Assembly: GCA_034004685.1 (NCBI GenBank)
Contig: JAVEWG010000016.1
Coordinates: 383 to 64,382 of the forward strand
Length of the DNA: 64,000 nt
Direction: 5' to 3'
From: Rhodocyclaceae bacterium
Lineage (GTDB): Bacteria; Pseudomonadota; Gammaproteobacteria; Burkholderiales; Rhodocyclaceae
Positions 35,515 through 46,661 of this stretch are shown in pieces (the first letter of the stretch is position 1; each line of letters begins with the position of its first letter). A program made the translations under genes and the position numbers. The notes below the pieces were generated by a model. It worked only from the letters and a program-made list of their open reading frames with translations, ran no database searches and had not been told where the DNA came from.

Positions 35515-36252
35515 ATGGTCGACCACGCCTCCCACCTCTCCAGCAAACCCATTCCCCCGAAAGACCGGCTCATCGTCGCCCTCGACGTGGCTGAAGCCGA
35601 TAGCGCCCGGGCTTTGGTGGAAACCTTGGGCGACGCGGTTTCCTTCTACAAGATCGGCCTGGAACTCTTCATGGCCGGCGGCTATTTCGAGCTACTGGAC
35701 TGGCTGGTGGCACGGGACAAAAAAGTCTTTGTGGACCTCAAGTTCTTCGATGTGCCGGAAACCGTTCGCTCCGCCATCCGGGCCCTGGCCCACAGCGGCG
35801 CGACTTTGGCCACGATTCACGGCAACCAGGCCATCATGGAGGCGGCGGTCAAGGACAAGGGCGCCCTCAAGGTCCTGGCCGTCACGGTTCTGACCAGCCT
35901 TGATCAGGGCGATCTCAAGGACCTTGGCTTCCAGTGCGACGTGGAGCAACTGGTCCTTTCCCGCGCCCGCCGCGCCCTGGAAACCGGGATCGACGGGATC
36001 GTCTCCTCCGGACTGGAAGCCCCCATGATTCGGCGGGAATTGGGCGACCGGCTGCTGGTGGTCACCCCAGGCATTCGCCCGGTGGAAAACCGCCCGGTGG
36101 ATGACCAAAAGCGCACCGTGGATGTTGCCCAAGCCTTCGCTAATGGCGCCGACTACATCGTGGTGGGTCGCCCCATCCGCCAGGCCGCCGATCCGCGCCA
36201 AGCAGCCCTGGCGATCCAGCAAACCATTGCCGGCCTCTTCCCAGCGACCTGA
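35515..36252 (+). CDS. pyrF: orotidine-5'-phosphate decarboxylase
   Basis: Start placed at ATG 35515. ...DRLIVALDV...FYKIGLELF...[14 protein letters not shown]...IVVGRPI... are PyrF active-site motifs. Confidence 0.93.
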   Translation: MVDHASHLSSKPIPPKDRLIVALDVAEADSARALVETLGDAVSFYKIGLELFMAGGYFELLDWLVARDKKVFVDLKFFDVPETVRSAIRALAHSGATLATIHGNQAIMEAAVKDKGALKVLAVTVLTSLDQGDLKDLGFQCDVEQLVLSRARRALETGIDGIVSSGLEAPMIRRELGDRLLVVTPGIRPVENRPVDDQKRTVDVAQAFANGADYIVVGRPIRQAADPRQAALAIQQTIAGLFPAT

Positions 36253-36280
36253 ACCGGGGTTACAAAGTCCCACAGCGACA

Positions 36281-36309
36281 TTGCCGTCATGCGCAGATTC
36301 TACTAAAAT
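36281..36309 (+). promoter_or_regulatory. sigma70-like promoter of the rpsP-rimM-trmD-rplS operon
   Basis: TTGCCG (36281-36286), 17-nt spacer, TAAAAT (36304-36309), 38 nt upstream of the rpsP ATG. Confidence 0.45.
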
Positions 36310-36346
36310 CTTTCGTTTTTCGATTTCCGTCGAACAGGATACCAAG

Positions 36347-36595
36347 ATGGTCGTCATCCGCCTTGCCCGCAGCGGCGCCAAGAAGCGCCCCTTCTACAAC
36401 ATCGTTGCCACCGATTCCCGCAGCCGCCGCGACGGCCGCTTCATCGAGCGCGTTGGTTACTACAACCCGATGGCCGCCGCCAGCGAAACCGGCTTGGTGC
36501 TCAACGCCGAGCGCCTGACGTACTGGCAGCAAAACGGCGCCCAGCTGTCGCCCACCGTGGCCCGGCTGGTGAAGCAGTCCACCAAGGCCGCCTGA
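36347..36595 (+). CDS. rpsP: 30S ribosomal protein S16
   Basis: [41 protein letters not shown].... Confidence 0.97.
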   Translation: MVVIRLARSGAKKRPFYNIVATDSRSRRDGRFIERVGYYNPMAAASETGLVLNAERLTYWQQNGAQLSPTVARLVKQSTKAA

Positions 36596-36612
36596 ACCAC
36601 GGCTTCCGGCCG

Positions 36613-37119
36613 ATGATTGTTCTGGGGCGCATCGTCGCCCCTTTTGGCATTCAGGGGTGGGTCAAGATTCATCCGTTCGGGGATGACCCCCTCTCTTGGC
36701 GCGAGATGCCGCGGTGGTGGATTTGCAGGGAGTCCGAGGCGGAGGATGCCCAGTGGCGTCCCCTGCAGCTCAAGGCCTGCAAACTGCAGGGGCGCAGCGT
36801 GGTGGCGTCCTTCGTGGAATCCCCGGATCGCAACGCTGCGGAGGCCCTGGAAGGCTTCTACATCGGGGCTCCTCGGGAAACCCTGCCGGAGCCCGCAGAG
36901 AACGAATATTACTGGGCCGACTTGATTGGTCTTGCTGTGGTCAATCAACAAGGCGAAGCCCTGGGGCAAGTAACCGACCTGATTTCCACTGGCGTGCATG
37001 ATGTGCTGCAGATCCAGGATGGGGAGACGGAACGCCTGATCCCCTTCGTGGCGGCCTATGTGTTGGAAGTAAACCAGAACACCCGCATCATTCGGGTGGA
37101 CTGGCAAAAAGATTGGTAG
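36613..37119 (+). CDS. rimM: ribosome maturation factor RimM
   Basis: [26 protein letters not shown]...; 168 aa, in the conserved position between rpsP and trmD. Confidence 0.93.
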   Translation: MIVLGRIVAPFGIQGWVKIHPFGDDPLSWREMPRWWICRESEAEDAQWRPLQLKACKLQGRSVVASFVESPDRNAAEALEGFYIGAPRETLPEPAENEYYWADLIGLAVVNQQGEALGQVTDLISTGVHDVLQIQDGETERLIPFVAAYVLEVNQNTRIIRVDWQKDW

Positions 37120-37892
37120 ACCGGGTGAGCGAAGCGGTATCTCGACGTTACGACGTCGTCACCCTGTTTCCGGAGATGTTCGCGGCCCTCACCGGGTCGG
37201 GCATCACCCGGCGGGCGCGGGACCGGGGTTTGTATGCTTTGCATTACTGGAATCCGCGGGATTTCGCGGAAAACGTCCATCGCACGGTGGATGATCGCCC
37301 CTACGGAGGCGGGCCGGGAATGGTGATGATGCCAGGTCCTCTGGAAGCGGCCATCGAATCCGCCCGGGAAGCCCAGCTGACCGAGCTGGGAGTAGTTGGA
37401 AAGGTGATCTACCTGTCACCCCAGGGCAGCAAGCTTGACCACGCCCGGGTGATGGCGTTGAAGGAAGCACCCGCCCTCACCCTCTTGTGCGGCCGCTACG
37501 AGGGGGTGGATCAGCGGGTCATAGACCGCTGCGTGGATGAGGAAATCTCCTTAGGAGACTTTGTCCTCTCCGGCGGCGAGCTGGCTGCAATGGTAGTACT
37601 GGATGCAATCATCCGGCAGTTGCCGGGAGCGCTGAACGACGGCGATTCGGCGGTGGAGGATTCCTTCGTCACCGGGCTGCTGGACTGCCCCCATTACACC
37701 CGTCCCGAAACATATCGGGGCATGGGGGTTCCCGCCGAATTGTTATCGGGGGATCACGCAAGAATTCGCCGCTGGCGCCTCAAAAGGGCATTGGAGGCAA
37801 CCCAGGTCAAACGCCCGGACCTCATCACAGGCCGGACCTTGACCCGGGAAGAAGTGGTTCTGCTGGCGGAAATCCGGCAGGATCGGCAATGA
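37113..37892 (+). CDS. trmD: tRNA (guanine37-N1)-methyltransferase
   Basis: ...[11 protein letters not shown]...[16 protein letters not shown]...[10 protein letters not shown]...[10 protein letters not shown]...HYTRP.... Start is uncertain (TTG 37113 overlapping the rimM stop, or GTG 37125). Confidence 0.95.
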   Translation: MVDRVSEAVSRRYDVVTLFPEMFAALTGSGITRRARDRGLYALHYWNPRDFAENVHRTVDDRPYGGGPGMVMMPGPLEAAIESAREAQLTELGVVGKVIYLSPQGSKLDHARVMALKEAPALTLLCGRYEGVDQRVIDRCVDEEISLGDFVLSGGELAAMVVLDAIIRQLPGALNDGDSAVEDSFVTGLLDCPHYTRPETYRGMGVPAELLSGDHARIRRWRLKRALEATQVKRPDLITGRTLTREEVVLLAEIRQDRQ

Positions 37893-38001
37893 GGCGAGGG
37901 AAGCAGTGAATCCCGACCCGAAGAAAACGGCGCGCACCAGGTGGCGACCTGCTCTGCGCGAAAGGCCGAAACGGGCCATGACTAGCAACAGGAGCTGACG
38001 C

Positions 38002-38394
38002 ATGAATCTGATTGAAAAACTCGAGCAGGAAGAAATCGCTCGCCTCACCCAAGGCAAGACCCTCCCTGAATTCGCCCCGGGCGACACCGTGGTGGTCCAG
38101 GTCAAGGTTAAGGAAGGCACCCGGGAACGTCTGCAGGCTTACGAAGGCGTGGTGATTGCCAAGCGCAATCGTGGCCTGAACTCCTCCTTCATCGTCCGCA
38201 AGATTTCTTCCGGCGAAGGCGTGGAACGGACCTTCCAGACTTACTCCCCGCTAGTGGCATCGCTGGAAGTGAAGCGTCGCGGCGATGTGCGCCGCGCCAA
38301 ACTCTATTACCTGCGCCAACGTTCCGGCAAGTCCGCCCGAATCAAGGAAAAGCTGGACTACAAGTCCGCCGCTTCCAAAAAGCAGCAGGGCTAA
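38002..38394 (+). CDS. rplS: 50S ribosomal protein L19
   Basis: [15 protein letters not shown]...[46 protein letters not shown].... Confidence 0.97.
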   Translation: MNLIEKLEQEEIARLTQGKTLPEFAPGDTVVVQVKVKEGTRERLQAYEGVVIAKRNRGLNSSFIVRKISSGEGVERTFQTYSPLVASLEVKRRGDVRRAKLYYLRQRSGKSARIKEKLDYKSAASKKQQG

Positions 38395-38430
38395 GCCACT
38401 TCCACCGATCTGCTTCGGTGGAACCCATGA

Positions 38431-38456
38431 CGGGACCCTCACGGGTCCCGTTTTTT
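38431..38456 (+). terminator. Rho-independent terminator after rplS
   Basis: cgggaccc (38431-38438) / gggtcccg (38443-38450), loop tcac, then tttttt. Preceded by a second hairpin tccaccga/tcggtgga at 38401-38422. Confidence 0.75.
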
Positions 38457-38791
38457 ATCTGGCCAGCACCAGCGGCAGCAATCCGGGAAGCAAAAACCCT
38501 CGGGACGAAGCAGTTGGGGTACTGCCAAAGAAAGCAAAAGGCCAGGCAGGCCGATGCCAAAAGCCGACAGCATGGCTTGAATCTCCGCGTCACCGTCCGG
38601 TCCCGCACCAGCGCTTCACCCTCTGGATACGGCACCGAAACCGTCCACGGGTCCACCGAGATGCTCTGCGGCATACCTCTCGAGACAGTTGCGAGTCCGG
38701 CGCCTTAGTCGAATAATTCGGCCCGGCCCAAGCTAATTGGGACGAAGGGTTGGCAAACGACAACCAAAACCTTGTCGCGGATGAAGAAAGC

Positions 38792-38817
38792 AAAAAGGCC
38801 AGTCTTTCGACTGGCCT
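38792..38817 (-). terminator. Rho-independent terminator after tRNA-Pro
   Basis: The minus strand reads aggccagtcgaaagactggcc followed by ttttt. Confidence 0.7.
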
Positions 38818-38833
38818 AAGTGCTTGTTTCTAT

Positions 38834-38911
<78 letters not shown>

Positions 38912-38922
38912 CACAGAAAAAA

Positions 38923-38950
38923 ATTATATCACAGAATCCAATTTTTTCAA
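38923..38950 (-). promoter_or_regulatory. sigma70-like promoter of tRNA-Pro
   Basis: Minus strand TTGAAA (38950-38945), 16-nt spacer, TATAAT (38928-38923), 12 nt upstream of the mature tRNA 5' end. Confidence 0.5.
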
Positions 38951-38956
38951 GGGAAA

Positions 38957-39340
38957 TCAGGCTTTGAGGGATGTTAATAGGTCCACCAAGCCAACCCGTA
39001 TACTGCTGATCTGACTCCCTAGCCGGTCCACTTCCTCTTCGGCCTCGTGGCGTTGAACAGCAGACTCCTCTAGCTGGTGCCGCGCACCGGAAATGGTAAA
39101 CCCATCGGCATACAGTAGATCCCGGATTCGCCGAACCAGTAGCACTTCATGGTGCTGATAGTAACGCCGGTTACCCCGGCGTTTTACGGGCTTAAGCTGA
39201 GTAAACTCCTGTTCCCAATAGCGCAAAACGTGGGCTTTGACACCGCACAGTTCGCTTACTTCCCCAATGGTGAAGTAACGTTTGGCTGGAATCGGGGGAA
39301 GAACACCCCCTTCCCCTTCAGGCAAGTTGCTCTGCTGCAT
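38957..39340 (-). CDS. MerR family transcriptional regulator
   Basis: ...[40 protein letters not shown]..., a MerR-type HTH. Conserved position downstream of ihfA. Start is ATG 39340 (23-nt overlap with ihfA) or TTG 39325. Confidence 0.85.
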   Translation of the reverse strand: MQQSNLPEGEGGVLPPIPAKRYFTIGEVSELCGVKAHVLRYWEQEFTQLKPVKRRGNRRYYQHHEVLLVRRIRDLLYADGFTISGARHQLEESAVQRHEAEEEVDRLGSQISSIRVGLVDLLTSLKA

Positions 39341-39635
39341 TGCTTAGTTGCTCCACGGCAGCTTTCAGCTTCTGACTGGCATGGAAAGTGACTACGCGGC
39401 GTGCGGTAATCGGAATTTCCTCGCCGGTTTTAGGATTGCGCCCTGGACGCTGAGGCTTGTCCCGCAGCTGAAAATTCCCGAAGCCAGACAGTTTGACGCA
39501 CTCGCCTCGCTCCAACGCCAGACGGATTTCCTCGAAGAAACCTTCCACCATGTCCTTCGATTCACGCTTATTCAAACCAACTCGCTCAAAGAGCAGTTCC
39601 GCCAGCTCCGCCTTGGTCAAGGTCATCATTGTCAT
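39318..39635 (-). CDS. ihfA: integration host factor subunit alpha
   Basis: ...[73 protein letters not shown].... Three in-frame ATGs (39635, 39629, 39626), so the exact start is uncertain. Confidence 0.93.
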   Translation of the reverse strand: MTMMTLTKAELAELLFERVGLNKRESKDMVEGFFEEIRLALERGECVKLSGFGNFQLRDKPQRPGRNPKTGEEIPITARRVVTFHASQKLKAAVEQLSNAAEQLA

Positions 39636-39636
39636 C

Positions 39637-42015
39637 TTATCCCCGCAACTGAGCAGCGAAAGACTCCATCCCATGACGGACCAGGGCAGTAATGGCCGCT
39701 TCGACCTCCGACTCCTCAAGAGTTCGCTGAGTATCTTGCATCAACACCCTGAAAGCAAGGCTCTTTTTCCCTTCACCGATGCCCTTGCCATCGTACATGT
39801 CGAACAACTCGATGGAGGTCACGATGGGGGCAGCGACCCCTTGCAAAGCCTTGAGCAAATCAGCGGCCGCCACGCTGCCATCCAGCACGAAGGCAAGATC
39901 CCGGCTCACCGCAGGCATCCTGGAAACCCCTGCGTAGGTAGGCAACCCCGCTAGTTCTGCGGCGGCCATGTCCACTTCAAAGACCACCGGCGTCACCCCC
40001 AGATCGTATTTCTGCACCCATTGAGGATGCAGTTCACCAAGGATTCCGATGGATTCCCCCGACAGCAAGACTTCCGCGCTCCGCCCAGGATGAAGCGCGG
40101 GATGAGTCAGCCTGCGGAATTCAAGAAGCCGGGGCGCAAAGATGCTCTCCAAATCACCCTTCAGGTCGAAGAAATCTGCGTTTCGGGTGGCACTCCCCCA
40201 TTGCTCGGCCATCACCGGCCCGGCGGCCAACGCCGCCAGCCGCACCGGTTGATAGTAGCCGGCCACCGGCGTGCCCGCCGGATCATGGGCAAAACAACGG
40301 CCGACTTCGAACACTCGCACCCGGCCCACTTGCCGCTTGCGATTCGTGGCGAGGTTGGCGATCAATCCACCGACCAGACTGGAACGCATTACACTCATCT
40401 GGCTGGCAATGGGATTGGCCAACCGCACCGGCTTAGCGTTGCCGCAGAAATCCGCTTCCCAGGCGTCATCGACAAAGGCGAAGTTCACCACCTCCTGGAA
40501 ATCCCGCCCTGCCATCAGATGGCGCACAGTCCAGCGGGAACGGCTTTCCTCTGTCTGGGGCAACATGGCCAGAACACCTCGGGGTTCAGGCGCAGGCATA
40601 TTATCGTAGCCATGCAGGCGGGCGACTTCCTCCACCAGATCTTCTTCGATTTCGATATCGAACCGATAGGAGGGGGCAATCACCTGACAGACATCACCCT
40701 GCTCCTCCACCCGCAGATGCACCCGCTCCAGCAGGGCGATGATTTCCTGGTCATTCAAGTCCAACCCCAGGAGCTTGCGCACCCGTTCCGGGCGCAACCG
40801 CACGGGATGCATCACAGGAAGATGGCTGGTGGATTCCGCGCGAACCACCGGCCCCGCTGCACCGCCACAGATCTGGAGAATGAGCGTCGTTGCCCGCTCC
40901 AGAGCGCAAGGCGCCAGTTCCGGATCCACCCCCCGCTCGAACCGATGGGATGCATCGGATGAGAAACCGTAACGGCGAGCCCGCCCAGCGATGGCTGAAG
41001 GGGTAAAAAAAGCACTTTCCAAAAAGACGTCCCGAGTCTCGAGGGAGATCCCGCTGTATTCGCCCCCCATGACACCAGCCATGGCCAGAACACCGCGCTC
41101 GTCTGCAATGAGCAGGGTCGAGGGGTCGGGCGCTACGGTTTGGCCATTCAGCAGGACGAACTGCTCGCCTTCCGCTGGCAGCCGGACATGAATGGCTCCC
41201 TCCAGCTTGGCGTTATCGAAGGCGTGCAGGGGTTGCCCCAACTCCAGCATCACGTAGTTGGTCACATCCACCAAGGCGCTGATCGGACGCAAGCCACAGC
41301 GACTCAGGCGATCGGCCATCCAGCCCGGAGTAGGAGCCTTGGCATCCACCCCCCGGAGGATTCGACCGCAGTAGCGCGGACACGCCTGCGGCGCATCCAG
41401 GACGATCGCCCGGGTGGCATCGATAGTCGGCTCGACCGGGATGCACTCTGGCAGGGTCAAGGGAGCGCCGGTAATGGCCGCCACTTCCCTGGCCACGCCT
41501 ACCAAGCTTAAGCAATCAGCCCGGTTGGGTGTCAGCTTGATGGTAAACAGGGTGTCGTCCAGCCCCAATAGGGCCCGCACGTCCAGGCCTACTGGCGCAT
41601 CCACCGCCAGGCGGAGCAATCCACCCTGGTCATCGGACAAGCCAAGTTCCCGACCGGAACAAAGCATTCCAAAGGATTCCACACCCCGGAGCTTGGCTGG
41701 CTTGATCTCGAAACCAGGCAAGCGAGCACCAACCAGAGCACAGGGCACCTTCATCCCGGCCTCGGCATTGGGTGCCCCGCAAACGATCTGCAAGGGTGCC
41801 CCCGCCCCCACATCGACGCTGCAAACCTTCAGCTTGTCGGCATCGGAATGCTTTTCGGCGGTCAGAATATGGCCGACCACCACTTTTTCAAAAGGTGGGG
41901 CCACCGGATTCTGCTCTTCCACCTCGAGCCCCGCCATGGTGAGCAGATGACCTAGTTGATCGGCGGACAGAGACGGGTTAACCAGCTCCCGCAGCCAGTA
42001 TTCGGAAAACTGCAT
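39637..42015 (-). CDS. pheT: phenylalanine--tRNA ligase beta subunit
   Basis: 792 aa, [34 protein letters not shown].... Follows pheS by 5 nt. Confidence 0.97.
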   Translation of the reverse strand: MQFSEYWLRELVNPSLSADQLGHLLTMAGLEVEEQNPVAPPFEKVVVGHILTAEKHSDADKLKVCSVDVGAGAPLQIVCGAPNAEAGMKVPCALVGARLPGFEIKPAKLRGVESFGMLCSGRELGLSDDQGGLLRLAVDAPVGLDVRALLGLDDTLFTIKLTPNRADCLSLVGVAREVAAITGAPLTLPECIPVEPTIDATRAIVLDAPQACPRYCGRILRGVDAKAPTPGWMADRLSRCGLRPISALVDVTNYVMLELGQPLHAFDNAKLEGAIHVRLPAEGEQFVLLNGQTVAPDPSTLLIADERGVLAMAGVMGGEYSGISLETRDVFLESAFFTPSAIAGRARRYGFSSDASHRFERGVDPELAPCALERATTLILQICGGAAGPVVRAESTSHLPVMHPVRLRPERVRKLLGLDLNDQEIIALLERVHLRVEEQGDVCQVIAPSYRFDIEIEEDLVEEVARLHGYDNMPAPEPRGVLAMLPQTEESRSRWTVRHLMAGRDFQEVVNFAFVDDAWEADFCGNAKPVRLANPIASQMSVMRSSLVGGLIANLATNRKRQVGRVRVFEVGRCFAHDPAGTPVAGYYQPVRLAALAAGPVMAEQWGSATRNADFFDLKGDLESIFAPRLLEFRRLTHPALHPGRSAEVLLSGESIGILGELHPQWVQKYDLGVTPVVFEVDMAAAELAGLPTYAGVSRMPAVSRDLAFVLDGSVAAADLLKALQGVAAPIVTSIELFDMYDGKGIGEGKKSLAFRVLMQDTQRTLEESEVEAAITALVRHGMESFAAQLRG

Positions 42016-42020
42016 GACGA

Positions 42021-43058
<1,038 letters not shown>

Positions 43059-43072
43059 TTACCGGAAATTCA

Positions 43073-43105
43073 GAAAAAAAAAGGAGGCCAGGCCTCCTTT
43101 TTTTG
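43073..43105 (-). terminator. intrinsic terminator between rplT and pheS (A-tract/T-tract on both sides, potentially bidirectional)
   Basis: aaaaaaaaa-aggaggcc-a-ggcctcct-ttttttt. On the minus strand the hairpin is followed by nine T. Confidence 0.7.
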
Positions 43106-43117
43106 CGTGCCGCCCTA

Positions 43118-43477
43118 TCAGACAGCCAGCTTGGCCTTCGCTTGCTCGGCAAGGGCCGCAAAAGCGGGCTTGTCGAACACGGCGAGATCGGCCAGCACCT
43201 TGCGGTCCACTTCCACAGCAGCCTTCTTGAGGCCGTTCATGAACGTGCTGTAGGTCAAGCCCAACTCGCGGGCGGCCGCGTTGATCCGGGTGATCCACAG
43301 GGCGCGGAACTGACGCTTGCGCTGACGGCGGTCGCGGTAGGCATATTGCCCAGCCTTCATGACCGCCTGTTTGGCGATTCGATATACGTTTTTACGACGG
43401 CCACGGTAACCCTTGGCCTGGTCCAGGACCTTCTTATGACGTGCGCGGGCGGTTACACCACGTTTGACTCGGGGCAT
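43118..43477 (-). CDS. rplT: 50S ribosomal protein L20
   Basis: [55 protein letters not shown].... Confidence 0.97.
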   Translation of the reverse strand: MPRVKRGVTARARHKKVLDQAKGYRGRRKNVYRIAKQAVMKAGQYAYRDRRQRKRQFRALWITRINAAARELGLTYSTFMNGLKKAAVEVDRKVLADLAVFDKPAFAALAEQAKAKLAV

Positions 43478-43489
43478 CTCGTTCTCCTA

Positions 43490-43687
43490 TCAAGCGTAAG
43501 GCAGCATGGCGCGGATCAACTTCTCATCGGCGGCATGGACTTCGGTCATGCCCCGCAGCTGGCGCTTGCTCTTGGTGGTCTTCTTGGTAAGGATGTGGCG
43601 CTTGAACGCCTGGGAACGCTTGATGCTCCCGCTTGAGCGGATCTTGAACCGCTTGGCGGCCCCGCTCTTGGTCTTCATCTTGGGCAT
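43490..43687 (-). CDS. rpmI: 50S ribosomal protein L35
   Basis: Start placed at ATG 43687: [36 protein letters not shown].... AGGAG lies 6 nt upstream. Confidence 0.95.
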   Translation of the reverse strand: MPKMKTKSGAAKRFKIRSSGSIKRSQAFKRHILTKKTTKSKRQLRGMTEVHAADEKLIRAMLPYA

Positions 43688-43812
43688 GATAGCTCCTGAG
43701 TTTATGGATGAAGCCGGGTAGCGCGACCAAGCGCTTTCGAAACCCGACATCACTTATTGCATGGGACCAACTTCAGGCCCCATGTTCGATCCCTATCGGG
43801 ATCAAAATCGCA

Positions 43813-44343
43813 TCACTTCGCCACAACCTTCTTGATCGGCGCAATGATCATCACCATCTGACGCCCTTCCATCTTGGGCATCTGTTCCACCTGACCCAAT
43901 TCTTCCAGGTCAGCCTTGACTCGCTCCAGCTGCCGCAAGCCAAATTCCTGATGAGCCATTTCCCGACCCCGGAAGCGCAGTGTCACCTTGCACTTGTCAC
44001 CTTCTTCCAGGAAACGCTTCAGGTTGCGCAACTTGATCTGGTAGTCATTCTCATCAGTACCAGGCCGCAGCTTCACCTCCTTGACCTGGATCTGCTTTTG
44101 CTTGAGCTTAGCTTCGTGGGCCTTCTTCGCTTCTTGATACTTGAACTTGCCGAAGTCCATGATCCGGCAGACCGGGGGGGCAGCCATGGGAGCGATCTCC
44201 ACCAGATCCAGCTCCGCCTCCTCCGCCATGTTCATGGCTACCTGAATCGTAACGATCCCGGCCTGTTCTCCGTCCGCGTCAATGAGACGGACTTCCGGCG
44301 CATTAATTTCCCCGTTAATACGCTGCTTCTTTTCTTGAGCGAT
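43813..44343 (-). CDS. infC: translation initiation factor IF-3, non-AUG (ATC) start
   Basis: The track ORF (43813..44235) begins at an internal Met. The frame stays open upstream to a TGA at 44347-44349 and encodes (I)[30 protein letters not shown]..., the conserved IF-3 N-terminus. The only start-like codon after the stop is ATC at 44343, with GGAG 9 nt upstream. ATT at 44319 is an alternative. Confidence 0.88.
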   Translation of the reverse strand: MAQEKKQRINGEINAPEVRLIDADGEQAGIVTIQVAMNMAEEAELDLVEIAPMAAPPVCRIMDFGKFKYQEAKKAHEAKLKQKQIQVKEVKLRPGTDENDYQIKLRNLKRFLEEGDKCKVTLRFRGREMAHQEFGLRQLERVKADLEELGQVEQMPKMEGRQMVMIIAPIKKVVAK

Positions 44344-44373
44344 GGTTCAGATCTCCACGATTAGCAAACAATA

Positions 44374-46290
44374 TCAGGCCCGGCCGGAGCGCGATGCCAA
44401 CTCGCCACCCCAGCGCTCGATCAACGCATCTATGGACATTTGACCGAGGTCCTGACCACCCCGGACTCGAACAGCCACCAGGTCGGACGCTTTTTCCTTG
44501 TCGCCCACCACGATCTGGTAAGGCAGCTTGCGAACGCTATGTTCGCGTATTTTATAAGTAATTTTTTCGTTCCGCAAATCCGCCTCAACCCGGAAACCCG
44601 CTTGCGCCAGGCGATTCCTCACGTTTTGGGCGTACTCGGCCTGGCCTTCCGAGATGTTAATGACCACGGCCTGAACCGGTGCCAGCCACAAAGGGAAGGC
44701 GCCAGCAAAGTTCTCGATCAGGATCCCGATGAAACGTTCCAGGGAGCCCAGGATCGCCCGGTGCAGCATCACTGGCCGATGGCGACTGTTATCCTCGGCC
44801 ACGTACTCCGCCCCAAGGCGCTCCGGCAAAACGAAATCCAGCTGCATGGTGCCGCATTGCCAAGAACGGCCAAGAGCATCCTTGATGTGGTATTCGATCT
44901 TTGGGCCGTAGAACGCACCCTCTCCGGGTAGCTCTTCCCACTGGTGACCAGAGGCCGCCAGCGCCTCCCGCAGACCGGCTTCGGCCCGATCCCACACCTC
45001 ATCAGAGCCAGCGCGCTTTTCCGGACGCAGGGAAAGCTTGACCGCCACATCGGTGAAGCCAAAATCCTGATAAACCCGGGTTAACAAGTCGTTAAAGGAC
45101 TTTACCTCGTCAACAATCTGGGCTTCAGTACAGAAAATGTGGGCATCGTCCTGAACAAAGCCTCGCACCCGCATCAAACCGTGGAGGGCTCCAGAGGGTT
45201 CATTGCGGTGGCAGGAGCCGAATTCCGCCAAGCGCAGGGGAAGATCCCGGTAGGAGCGCAGACCATGGTTGAAAATTTGCACGTGCCCCGGGCAGTTCAT
45301 GGGCTTCACCGCATAGTCCCGTTTCTCGGACTCGGTGGTGAACATGTTGTCCCGGTAGTTTTCCCAGTGCCCGGAGCGCTCCCACAGCTGGCGGTCCATC
45401 ACCAGGGGAGTCCGGACCTCCTGGTAGTCCGCCTCGGTCAACACCCGCCGCATGTATTGCTCGACTTGCTGCCACAAAGTCCAGCCTGCCGGGTGCCAGA
45501 ACACCATGCCCGGGGCTTCTTCCTGGAGGTGGAACAAATCCAGCTGCCGGCCTAAGCGTCGATGATCCCGCTTCTCCGCCTCCTCCAGCATATGAAGATA
45601 GGCATCCTGATCTTCCTTGCGAGCCCAAGCGGTGCCGTAGATGCGCTGGAGCATCTCGTTCCTGGAGTCGCCGCGCCAATAGGCACCGGCCACCTTCATG
45701 AGCTTGAAGACTTTAAGCTTGCCGGTGGATGGCACGTGGGGGCCCCGGCAAAGATCCACGAAATTGCCTTCCCGGTAGAGGGAAACATCTTCCCCGGCAG
45801 GAATGGAGGCAATGATCTCAGCTTTGTAATGCTCGCCAATGGACTTGAAGAATTCCACTGCCTTGTCTCGTGGCCACACTTCCCGAACTACCGGATAGTC
45901 CTTCTTGGCCAGCTCACCCATCCGCTTCTCGATGGCCTCCAGGTCTTCCGGGGTGAAGGGGCGCTTGTAGGAGAAATCGTAATAGAAGCCGTTGTCCACA
46001 ACCGGGCCGATGGTCACCTGGGCTTCGGGGAACAATTCCTTCACCGCGTAGGCCAGTAGATGGGCGGTGGAGTGGCGCAGCATCTCCAGACCATCCGGAT
46101 CTTTTTCGGTGACGATGGACAAGTGAGCATCCACCTCAATCAAGGCACTCAGATCCACCAGCTGACCATCCAGGCGGCCACCCAAGGCCGCCTTGGCCAG
46201 ACCAGGACCGATGGAGGCCGCCACATCGGCGACCGTCACCGGCGCCTCGAAAACACGAATGGAACCGTCCGGCAAAGTCAGGTTAGGCAT
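44374..46290 (-). CDS. thrS: threonine--tRNA ligase
   Basis: 638 aa. TGS domain [15 protein letters not shown]..., editing motif ...HSTAHLLA..., and a class II catalytic core. Confidence 0.97.
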   Translation of the reverse strand: MPNLTLPDGSIRVFEAPVTVADVAASIGPGLAKAALGGRLDGQLVDLSALIEVDAHLSIVTEKDPDGLEMLRHSTAHLLAYAVKELFPEAQVTIGPVVDNGFYYDFSYKRPFTPEDLEAIEKRMGELAKKDYPVVREVWPRDKAVEFFKSIGEHYKAEIIASIPAGEDVSLYREGNFVDLCRGPHVPSTGKLKVFKLMKVAGAYWRGDSRNEMLQRIYGTAWARKEDQDAYLHMLEEAEKRDHRRLGRQLDLFHLQEEAPGMVFWHPAGWTLWQQVEQYMRRVLTEADYQEVRTPLVMDRQLWERSGHWENYRDNMFTTESEKRDYAVKPMNCPGHVQIFNHGLRSYRDLPLRLAEFGSCHRNEPSGALHGLMRVRGFVQDDAHIFCTEAQIVDEVKSFNDLLTRVYQDFGFTDVAVKLSLRPEKRAGSDEVWDRAEAGLREALAASGHQWEELPGEGAFYGPKIEYHIKDALGRSWQCGTMQLDFVLPERLGAEYVAEDNSRHRPVMLHRAILGSLERFIGILIENFAGAFPLWLAPVQAVVINISEGQAEYAQNVRNRLAQAGFRVEADLRNEKITYKIREHSVRKLPYQIVVGDKEKASDLVAVRVRGGQDLGQMSIDALIERWGGELASRSGRA

Positions 46291-46308
46291 GGAAGCTTGG
46301 CCTCAGGC

Positions 46309-46334
46309 AAAAAAAAAGTGCGGGCGAGCCGCAC
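46309..46334 (-). terminator. intrinsic terminator downstream of tRNA-Val, immediately upstream of thrS
   Basis: Minus strand gtgcgg-ctcgc-ccgcac followed by nine T (plus-strand A run 46309-46317). The T run ends 18 nt before the thrS ATG. Confidence 0.65.
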
Positions 46335-46423
46335 TTTTTGTCGAAAAAGACAATCAGACTCGATCTTGTTAGCGGTTACCGCCGGTGCAAGTTCGAAACG
46401 CCATCTGTCTTCCCCTAGGATGT

Positions 46424-46500
46424 TGGTAGGCGCGATTGGACTCGAACCAACGACCCCCACCATGTCAAGGTGGTGCTCTAACCAGCTGAGCTACGCGCCT
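46424..46500 (-). tRNA. tRNA-Val (anticodon GAC)
   Basis: Minus strand AGGCGCGTAGCTCAGCTGGTTAGAGCACCACCTTGACATGGTGGGGGTCGTTGGTTCGAGTCCAATCGCGCCTACCA. Clean cloverleaf by hand; CCA is encoded. Confidence 0.95.
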
Positions 46501-46512
46501 AAGGAGCTGCGC

Positions 46513-46541
46513 ATTATAGCCCCACAAGGAATTAAGCGCAA
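46513..46541 (-). promoter_or_regulatory. sigma70-like promoter of tRNA-Val
   Basis: Minus strand TTGCGC (46541-46536), 17-nt spacer, TATAAT (46518-46513), 12 nt upstream of the tRNA 5' end. Confidence 0.5.
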
Positions 46542-46661
46542 CCTCCACGGCTTCAGAAGAATCAGGCCGCACCACGCTTTCAAACCCGGACTCCGGGCAT
46601 TCAGACAAGCGACGTGGCGTATTTTCAGGGTCTCGAACGCATCGAACAACGTTTTCTAACC

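Noticed and set aside
38439-38573. A 44-aa Cys-rich minus-strand ORF (MLSAFGIGLPGLLLSLAVPQLLRPEGFCFPDCCRWCWPDKKRDP).
   Set aside because: Only 25 of 43 codons end in G/C (hand count), far below real genes here. It has no SD and ends inside the rplS terminator loop. Not supportable as a gene without conservation data.
38342-38674. A 110-aa minus-strand ORF in the rplS/tRNA-Pro spacer.
   Set aside because: It runs through the rplS terminator and antisense into rplS. It matches no family and has mixed codon bias.
38460-38833. I looked for a direct repeat of the tRNA-Pro 3' end (att site), and for an integrase, which would indicate an integrated element.
   Set aside because: No copy of the tRNA 3' segment and no integrase-like ORF seen in the window.
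46318-46334. The hairpin upstream of thrS, considered as a tRNA-Thr anticodon-arm mimic (E. coli-type thrS operator).
   Set aside because: The loop is 5 nt (CUCGC) with no GU/anticodon-like triplet, and the T run makes it a plain terminator.
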